Assembly (NCBI RefSeq): GCF_009834535.1 | Contig: NC_045696.1 | Location: 16,246,001-16,310,000 of the forward strand | DNA from: Camelus ferus | Lineage: Eukaryota | Direction of reading: 5' to 3' | DNA: 64,000 nucleotides | In this document: positions 55,109-64,000 of the stretch, one piece after another | How positions within the stretch are numbered: position 1 is the first letter of the stretch | How the letters are laid out: each line of letters starts with the position of its first letter | Translations under genes and position numbers: made by a program | Notes under the pieces: model-generated | Databases searched by the model: none | The model's input: the letters and a program-made list of their open reading frames with translations, nothing else | Told to the model about the DNA's origin: nothing

Positions 55109-55455
55109 TTTTTAAACATTTTTTATTGAGTTTTAGTCATTTTGTTGTGTCAAATTCCAGTGTAGAGCACAATTTTTCAGTTATACATGAACATACACAT
55201 ATTCATTGCCACGTTTTTTCTCTCTGTGAGCTACCACAAGATCTTGTATATATTTCCCTGTGCTATACAGTATAATCTTGTTTATCTATTCTATATATAC
55301 CTATCAGTATCTACAACTCCCTGTCTGTCCTCTGTCCCTTCCCACCTCCCTCCCCCTTGGCAACCACAAGTTTGTATTCTATGTCTATGAGTCTGTTTCT
55401 GTTTTGCATTTATGTTTTTTTTTTTTTTTTTTTAGATTCCACATATGAGCCACCA
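55109..55455 (-). mobile_element. Young lineage-specific L1 3' end (5'-truncated)
   Basis: T-tract, ttttattg (reverse AATAAA), ccccttggcaaccacaagtttg, ttagattccacatatg. Confidence 0.82.
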
Positions 55456-55459
55456 TCTC

Positions 55460-55604
55460 ATATTTTTCTTTGTTTTGCTTTTCTTTTTTCTTGTAGGGGA
55501 GGTAGTTAGGCTTATTTATTTATTTAATGGACGTACTGGGGATTGAACCCAGGACCTCATGCATGCTAGGCATGCACTCTACCACTGAGCTATACCCTCC
55601 CCAC
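55460..55604 (-). mobile_element. tRNA-Ala-derived SINE (Vic-1 type)
   Basis: ggggattgaacccaggacc...ccactgagctataccctcccc reverse-complement head. Confidence 0.92.
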
Positions 55605-56549
55605 TTAAACCTCTTATTAAGTAGAGCATATGCACGGACATGAGATGGAGATTTAGGTTGATTAACATGAGCCCCCTGATGAGAAGTTTCTCTTAATACA
55701 GAAACAGCAAGCCAAGATTCTGAGCTCCGGGCTAAAACAATGGCATTTGGCATCACAGAGCCCAGCGCTAATGAGAAAGCAGAATCCAGCTCAGAGAGCA
55801 CAGGGTTAGAGACTGAGTCCATCTCCCAAGACTGCCTGTGATGAGTGGCTCCCTCTCCAGAATTTGGTTTTACCTTTTCTGAGGTGGCAAAGTGAAGCTC
55901 TAATAAGATGAGAGCGAAAAGCGTAACAATGGCACCACACCATCAGCAGGGATACAGCATTTTAAATCGAAACAGTACTGTATTCCTGATTTTTATAACT
56001 GTGCTGTGATTACATGATGTGAGCATTAGGGGAAGCTGGATGAAGGGTGTATGGAGTGCCTTTTCCATTTATGCAGCTTTTTGTAGGTCTGAAATTATTT
56101 CAAAGTAAAAGATTAAAAAATAGTGTTAGATGGTACGAGGTTTTTAAAAAGAATTTAGCTGAGATGTGCAAAAGTCCAGAGTCTCTATGCTCTTGTCTTT
56201 TTTTTAGATGATTATCAAGATAATCCTTGTGGCCACTGTCACTATTTATAAAAAGCTAAATACTCTCAAGGGGACTCAATAGCTATTGCCAATGATAACC
56301 TAAAGGTGTCCCAGTTTGACTCAATTTAGGCTGAAATGACACAAAAACGTAAAGTAAGGAAGAAGCAGTTAATGGAGAACAATGAAATTTACCAGGTAAC
56401 TCAGAGATTGAGAGAGAAAAGTTAAATTCACTGTCAGCGTGTATTTTATTAGCAGCTTGTAAGGGGGAATAAATGTGGCAAAAATGGAAGGAAATGGATA
56501 TCTTTGGTCCACTATACTTCTGACAACGAAAAAATGTCATTTACCATTT

Positions 56550-56805
56550 GGTTCTACAAGAATGAAGTCACAGGCCACTGCAGTCACTGACCTTCAGCAC
56601 ACCCTGAAAAGAGTTCAGGGTGGAGATCAGGAATGAGGTGCTCTGTGCTCTGGGAAAAAACTGGCAGAACAGGCCTTCAGGGAGTTAGATATTTTTGGGA
56701 GAAGATTTTATAAACCCCAATTCTTGCATCTTCGCAGACTTAGAAAAGCACTCAAATAATTAAATAAGAGTCTGCTCCTTGTGACTAGCAGTTACCTTCT
56801 ACCAA
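56550..56805. mobile_element. Partial LTR fragment
   Basis: Composition and motifs resemble an artiodactyl ERV LTR U3; no termini pair found. Confidence 0.45.
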
Positions 56806-59800
56806 AACCCACAGATTTTCTTAGACAACAGGAGCCAATGAATGAAATTAAAAGTAGAGAAAGTGACAGTCAGCCAAGTATTTGCAAAATTAGAGTTTCT
56901 AGCTCTTTGAATATTCTGCTTCATTGACCTTAATCAGATCTGGATCACCTGCTCAAATAAAAAAAAAGAAATCAGCAACACTTAACTCTTACTGAATAAA
57001 CTCTGGTGTTTGTTTAGCTATTTAAGAGAACACTGAGATGTTACCCTGCTTTTGTGTAATTCGTTCCTTCATTTAACATGTATTTATTGAGTGCCTACTA
57101 TGTTCCAGGAACTGGAGAGACAGCAGTGAACAAAACTGACAGAACGCCTGCTCTCACGGACTTTACATTCTGGTGTTAGGATGGTAAATACGTTACCACA
57201 TAGATGTTCTGAGCAGGGGCTCTAAATTTCTTTTAATTCATGGACCACTTGAGAATGTGTTGAAAACTATAGGCTTTCTCTTCTTTAAAAAATAAATAAA
57301 TAAAAAGAAAGAAAAATGTGTGAATGTATACATACAATCTTTCAATATCAACTGTTACTATCGTTACCACAACCTCTGAGATTTCAGAGGTTTTCCTCTG
57401 TTGTTTGAACCTGTAATTCATAGATTTATTAGAACAAGATGTGGACGGATAAAAATTGGGCTACGTTTGCTAATTCTAGATTATTTCAAAGAACCACAGA
57501 GCCATCTTCTGGGATGTTAATGTTTATGTATGATTTATAATGACAGAAACCCAGTGGCCTTTGTTTTCTTTGAGTCATAGTACTGAATCATTGGGGATTT
57601 CCCATCGAACATCCATGCCTTGGCCTTTCAAACTGGGTTAAATTCTATTCTAATACACAAAGCCATGCTTTTTAATGGAAAGCAATTATGAATTGCACCA
57701 AGAGAGCACTAGCTTCAACCAAAAGAAGAAAACGCCTCATTAAGTTATTTAGCTTTCAGAGGAACCATGTTTAGAAGGCCTGTCTTCGAGTTACTAAATA
57801 TGTCATTTTTAGCGTAAGAAATGAGGACAAGCCACATTCAGACGAAAGGACAATTAAGAAACATGCTTGGTTGCTGAGTTGTTGTGTCATGAAATGAGGC
57901 TCTCAGATTTCCCTAACCCTGGAGAAAGAAATTTATTTACCACTAAATCAAATTTATTCACCACTAAGCAGCCATTTACATTTTAAAGTGATGCAGAGAA
58001 AAACGGGTGATCTGGAAAGACTACGTAACTTAATCCTGAGTCCGTTTCCCTTGATGAGAACACAAGTCCATCCCAGGTGCCAAGGGCAGGTGGGTGGGGA
58101 TGTGGAGAGGGTGAGGATCCTCAAAGACTAAGCTACTGAATTTTAAACTAGTCTGCAAACCATCTTTTACGGCAGTAGCTGCAAGTATGCTCAACAAAAA
58201 AATGGCTTTGCAAAAAAGTCAACCACCCCAATCTCCATTTCTCAGTGGGGTCCCTGACATAAAAGTCACTGCTACTTGGGTCAAGTTTTGAACAGAATAA
58301 ATAAAGCTTTAGGAAGTGTTGATTAAATTTGTCTTTGAGATCAAGTATCATCTGAACTGTGGTGGTCACGGTTAAAAATAAAGGAAAAAGAAGAAGAAGA
58401 AAAATCAGTAGAAAGGAAGATAAGTAAAGAGGAAAGGAGGGGGGAGGGGAGGATGCGTCCTGATGAATATATACTGTCAGTTACAACCATTTCCCTCCTG
58501 AGTAAGAAAAGTAAGGAACTAGCCCGACTAAGCTGGGAACTTTATTACTTTTATAATAACTGTCACTTAAATCTATGATCCTTATAACCAAAACCAAGTC
58601 CTTTCATGTCATTTTTTTACAAACTGCCTAATAGTCCATCCATTACATTCCTCATTAGACTGACCAGCCCTTGTTTATGGCGTCCAGTTTCTTTGGCTGG
58701 GACGGGCCTTTGGCTCTTGGGAGATCCCCTAGCAGCTGTAACGCCAGACTCTTTGGTTTGATCGAATTGTGATGAGTTAATGACTTCAAGAAAACTGACA
58801 TTGATCCAAGCTTTCCTGGGCACATAGACTTTTCAAACGAAGAATATTTTCATAATTGGAGAAGAATAACAACAACAGAGCTTAAAAACAAATTCCACTT
58901 CCTTGCCTGTCGTCCTGGCTGAAAGCCCTCTTCACACTCCATAGACTGTTTTAAAGGAAAAAAAGTGTGAATTACCCGCCTGACTAAATTAGCCTTCAGG
59001 CACAGGAGCGGACTGAAGGTGACCGGCTTTTCTGATTTATATTCTGCGTTCCCCCTGAAGGGGCCAGTGTGCAAAGAGCCAGTGGAGGGGAGCCAGAAAG
59101 CCCTGCTGGGCGACCTTGATTAAGCCCTACCTTTGGTTTCAGGTTCCGTATTTCTCAAGTAGGGAAACTCAACTCCCAGGACTCTTCCTGAGAAAGAGGC
59201 AGAGAGGTGATGGGGGCACAAGCACAGAATGTCTGCCGAGGCCATTAGGGGCAGGAAGATGCTGATCAAAAGGCACTGCCTGCTCACAGCTAAAGCCAGG
59301 CAGAGCTATGGACCCAAAGACATTCGCTTTTTTTCCGACATCCGATGTGATGAGTGAAAGATTGTTAGAAAAACAAAGCTCTGTCATCAAGGTAAATGTA
59401 AATTCCAGTTACAGTTTGTCATTGTGAATGTGAAATGTTAATTTGTAAACCCAGCAAATGTAACATTGTTTTTCAAAATAAGGTTATCCACCTTGGTTGA
59501 AAATTATTATGGCTGTATTGGTTAAAAAGACAATTTCTTCAACAGCACTGCTGGATTTTGGACCAGATGACTCTATGTTGGAGGTACTGTTCTGGGCACT
59601 GTCACATATTACCTTTGTTCCTGGTCTGTTTCCATGAGATGATAATAGCACCCCTTCCCCAGTCTTCAAACACTGGAAAATGTGCCCTGAAGGGCAAAAT
59701 TGTCCCGGGTTGAAACCACTTTTTTGTTGTTGTTAAGATAAAAAACCACTTAAAAGCACTTAAGTTTTTGTGTGAAGGTTTCAGGTCCAAATTCTTGATG

Positions 59801-60008
59801 CTTTGACTTAGCTCATGGAGAACATCTGAAGCTTCCCATTTGAGGGCCTATCACTTTATGAGAGCCTTCTTCTGGGAACATGCTCATTACACCAGGCTTG
59901 AAGGTTTAGAGAAGAGAGCGTTGTTCCTTGGGACAGAGATTATGAATTTCCTATTTGTGCTAGGTAACAGCTCCTGGCAAGGTGCTGGCATCATGTATAA
60001 GTCCTTTA

Positions 60009-60060
60009 ATGAATGGATGGATGAATGGATGAATGGATGGACGGTTGGGTGGGTGGATGA
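60009..60060. repeat. (TGGA/TGAA)n tail of an L2 3' end
   Basis: gaatggatggatgaatggatgaatggatgg following an L2-like terminus. Confidence 0.7.
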
Positions 60061-61234
60061 AACACTGAAATAAGAAAGAAATCAATGTAAGGCAATACAG
60101 ATTTACTGTCTCTGGCTGTCTCTTTACCTACACTACACCAGGGTGCTGCAAAGAGCATCCTAGTGACAAAGGAGAGATAAAGTGTGTGACTCTAAAAGAA
60201 AATCCCACTGAGCTTCTGGAGTGGTACTTTAAAGGACCAGAACCCCGCTGTGATACTTTGGGTCTTTCATCCATTCTGCAATAAATAATGCTCCCAGGAT
60301 GAGAATTAAATCAGCCCGGTCAGGGAAAGTAATGCACAAGAGGAGATACATAAATACAACAAGGTGTTAGAGTCCCTTTCACCATCTGCATTACTCTGTT
60401 TCTTCCCTCCGCTGTTTGGGAGAAAAGAGCTTAAAGTGGGTCAGCAGTCAGTATTATAAAGATGCAAGCTTCCCAGGGCAAGCTCTCAGCTCAAATAACA
60501 CTCAAGGTTCCAGGCCTGCCTGAGGTCTATAAACGCAAATTCCTTTTCCACAGCAGTAATTTAATATGCCATCTTCTATTGTGGTTGGCCAAGTTTGTCT
60601 AAATTACCCCTTCTGTGACTCTGAAACTTGACCTTGTAGATTTGTTTTTGGAAAATTCTTTTTGCAGTCTGCAATCAGTTGGTTTCCAATTTGAAGTTAT
60701 CGTCTTTATACTGTATAAATAAACCAACTTCTGACACCATAGCCCCAGTGTCAGTGGGCTCTGACTTTTCTGAAAGAACAAAATTGGAGCCTATGGAAGG
60801 CAGAGGATGGGCATGCTCCTACTGTTTCAATTTTGTGGGAGGTATTTTTGTTACCATAGAAGGAAGCAGAATATCCCCACTGGTCCCAATTGCTGTGACC
60901 CCTTCATTAAGAAGTCCCTCCACGGCCCATCTCTTCTGTGAGGAAAATGACTTGTTCATGAGCCATTCATGGAAAGACTGTTTGGCTCCCACAGACAGAT
61001 GTCTCATAGGGCTCTTCTGCCTCCTGGAAATCACTCTTTTTGTAACTCAAGGGAGAAATTGTTCCTGACTGTTTTAAATGGCACCCTGTGCTCAGCAGGC
61101 TAAACAAAGAAGAGCAGTTAATCACCCCTTTTAAGGATCAAACTCGAGCACCTAGGCAGAGATGGCAACAAAAGGAAGAAAGCTTTTAGATCATTGGGAA
61201 TGCTTAAAAAAAAAAAAAAAAGATTGAACATCTA

Positions 61235-62405
61235 GTAGTGGATGGAGAGAAAGAAATTTACCTCTTCCTTTTTAGGTTCTTCTGGCTGGGCTAAGGTTTA
61301 AATTAGCATGATACAGATCACCAGGAGAAAAATCAAACAAAAGTGTAATAACATGTGTACATGGCAGAGACCCAGGAAAACTGAGTATCTGGCCCAGATG
61401 ACTGGAGCCATCACCTTAAATACCAGTCATCAGCTAAGGACAAATGAGAATGTGGGGGGGGGGGGGTTGGGACTTCAAAGGGGAGGAAGGCAATTCACAT
61501 GGAGATGGAGAAGCAAATGCTTGGTACACTGATGTTGGTTTGCTGGGCCACGCAGAGACACTAGGACAGAGAGAGGAATTCTAACAAACTTTGCCGAGTT
61601 CCTCCCGTCTACACACCAAGTTTTCTAACAGGTCCTCTACCTACATCTTTTCAGGCAGTTAGGGGGAAGTGTTGCGGGCACTTAAGTTTCATCGCAGAAT
61701 TTAGAGATGAGACACGGAGGTCAAAAAGTAAAATGAGAATTTATTAAGGGATAGATAGTACACTCCCAGGATGAGAGCAGGCAGGCTCAGGTGAGCAGCT
61801 GCACTGAGTTTCTTTGGCAAGCTGGTTATATAGAGTGTTAAAATGAATGGGTAGAATATTCACCGGGGAAGGAAGGGTTTGGGATCATAGTCCCTGATTT
61901 TCATCCCAGCTGCACTTTCCCAAAGGAGGAGGGATTCTTGTCCTTATTTAGTCTGGATCGGGTGTCATGGCAATAGTGCACGATGGGTATTTCTAGTCTG
62001 CAAGGCTAATTTTATTGAAATGAGGGCATAATGAGCAAAAGTTACATTCAGACACTGGAGATTCCCACCTTTCTCTGTCAGCCTCCAGAACACTAGTCAC
62101 CCCCAAATCTGTGATCTCTTATCAGTCTTGAGGTTCCTGTTTTTCTCTGTCTGCCCAAGGACGCTTGTTGTTTACATGATGTATGTTTTCCTGCATTTGG
62201 CCTGTGCCCCCACCTTTTGCCAAATTCCTGCCATTTGGCTGGGGTTCCCCTTTCTGGTATTCATATCTAGCTATCTGCCTGCTCTAACAGAAGGTCAAAA
62301 ATTCTTCCTGAGTCCTTTGGACCTTAAAGATAATCAACCCCAAATTAATCTTCAGGCCAAAGAGACACATTTTGGTGAAGAGGGGGCAAATTTTGCTCCC
62401 CTACA
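61235..62405 (-). mobile_element. ERV1 LTR (MER34/LTR39-like) split by a nested younger LTR
   Basis: Ends ttttgctcccctaca (TGTAGGGGAG start on -); sequence continues across the insert (agggggaag|gtcaaaa). Confidence 0.7.
61670..62289 (-). mobile_element. Nested ERV1 solo LTR, 620 bp
   Basis: TG...CA termini, perfect 4-bp TSD GAAG (61666-61669, 62290-62293), tttatt reverse poly(A) signal at about 61740. Confidence 0.85.
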
Positions 62406-62975
62406 GAATGTGGCCTCCCACTTCTGTCCAGAAGCTCAGCATTTTATGACCCAACTGTGTCTCCCATTCTTTACGTGCCTCATGCACCAAAGCTCAAAGA
62501 TGAGGAAGACCGGAAGGAGATCAGTCCCTGATCCTCAAAGATTTTAAATTCAGATGCTCAATGGTAGAGGAATAAGAAATATGCACTAATAACAACAAAA
62601 GAAGGCAGAATCTGATGGCATGAACTCCCCGACAGCCCAAGATCTGATGGAATGAGAAAACACATTCATTTGCAGGGGGATGAAGAATAACTTCATGGCA
62701 TGTGAACTGATCCTGAAGAATGGATTGAATCTGGACAAGAAGAGATGAATGCACGTGCAGGAAAGGGAGGACTATATTTCATGTGACACAGAAAAATGAG
62801 CAAAGCACAAATGTGGAAAAGTCCTCATAAAAGGGAGGGAATCCATTTCACACTTGGAATTTGGACACTCAGGGTCCATCTAGGAGAAAGAAATCACATC
62901 AGCTATTTAAACAGAGAGATGTTAATATCAAGAAGAGTTAACTAATATAGAATTCTGAACTAAGTAAGTAAAAAA

Positions 62976-63396
62976 CAGTGCTGTGCTGAGCTATATTGAA
63001 GCCTGAGGCAAGAGGAAATGAAACCTTGTGCACCCTTATACATATGATTTTATGTACTTTTTAAATGGTGAATTTTTCCAGAATAATTGTTGGAAAAAAT
63101 ATTGAAAAATTGAAAAGTCAGTGTACTAATATCCACAACATTAAGTTTCAATGTTTTATTTATACCCAAACCTAATTTGTTATAATTTACATCAGTATAA
63201 AAAGCTAATTCAAAATTATTCAATATCATCCCTTGGACAGGGGAAACAGTTAAACATAGTAATTCTCTCAATTAAAAATGAAATAAGCAAAAATAGCATT
63301 TTAAAAAAATACTGTTGATGAGTTTGTTTCCATTAAAGCCAGTGGAGCACATTTTTCCATTTGCCTCAGGCTCTGAGGTGCCTCAGCACGGCAGTG
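62976..63396. mobile_element. Non-autonomous hAT-Tip100-like DNA transposon (Zaphod/MER115-like)
   Basis: Terminal inverted repeats cagtgctgtgctgag...gcctgaggcaa / ttgcctcaggc...ctcagcacggcagtg. Confidence 0.65.
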
Positions 63397-63399
63397 GTC

Positions 63400-63735
63400 T
63401 CTGAAATTCTGATATTTTGTTCATCATGGTTTTGCACATTTAATTTTGATATTTTTAAAAATATTGCATTGGAATATAATTCACCTGGTTGCGGGGGGAA
63501 CAGTATAGCTCAGTGATAGAGCACATATAGCATGCATGAGGTCCTGGGTTCAATCCCCAGTACCTCCATGAAATAAATGAATAAATAAATGAATGAATGA
63601 ATAAGCAAACAAACAAAAAAAACAAACCTAATTACCTCCCCCTCCAAAGAGAAAAAAAAAAGAAATATAATTAACCTGGATTCCTGAGAATTTTGGTTCC
63701 CCTTTGAATTCTATGTCTGAGGCAACTGCCTCAGG
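63400..63735 (-). mobile_element. MER96B-like hAT element interrupted by a SINE
   Basis: gatattttgttcatcatgg...aaaaatattgcatt...gaggcaactgcctca. Confidence 0.6.
63491..63663 (+). mobile_element. tRNA-Ala-derived SINE (Vic-1 type) nested in a MER96B-like element
   Basis: Head plus long tail; 16-bp TSD aatataatt(c/a)acctgg (63473-63488, 63664-63679). Confidence 0.92.
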
Positions 63736-64000
63736 AGAATTCTCAGGTCTCACAGCCAAGGTGAAGAAGGGTTGCCGGCTCACAGGAGCAGACAGCCCGA
63801 GGGAAGCACCCAAGAAACAAACAGGTAGGAGCCATCCCTTGTTCCTCCTCCAGCCCTGCGGTCTCTCTCATGCGCGCCCCCTAGAGGAAGAGTCCAACAG
63901 GGAGCCTGCAGACAAAGCAGAAATGCAGGTGGCAGAGACTGGGACCCAGCATCACAAAGCCAACTTGAGAAGAGAGAGAGTGTGGAGCTAAAAGACTGAG

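Overview
Mammalian genomic DNA holding the 3' end of the amyloid-beta precursor protein gene APP on the + strand, followed by about 21 kb of repeat-rich intergenic sequence. It contains the tail of intron 13, coding exons 14-18 (222, 54, 101, 147 nt and 102 coding nt, all with canonical AG/GT boundaries) and the 3' UTR. Eight copies of a tRNA-Ala-derived SINE (Vic-1 type), together with artiodactyl-type Tigger1a and L1 fragments, point to a camelid (alpaca, llama or camel); this assignment is an inference. The encoded Abeta1-42 is human-identical. Apart from the APP exon fragments and a decayed L1 ORF2 piece, the ORF track looks like noise, and I see no new protein-coding system. The most interesting signals are lineage-specific changes in APP RNA regulation and unusual retrotransposition products. 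(1) A SINE sits between the two APP poly(A) sites and adds a third AATAAA. (2) The proximal miR-101 seed site is mutated. (3) The circular-RNA Abeta175 reading frame (exons 14-17) is intact, and those exons are bracketed by convergent CTCF-like motifs. (4) A tandem splice acceptor at exon 16 could remove the proteoglycan serine. (5) Two SINE+L1 composites each lie inside an apparently shared target-site duplication. Repeat family names and human comparisons come from recall and need RepeatMasker/alignment confirmation.
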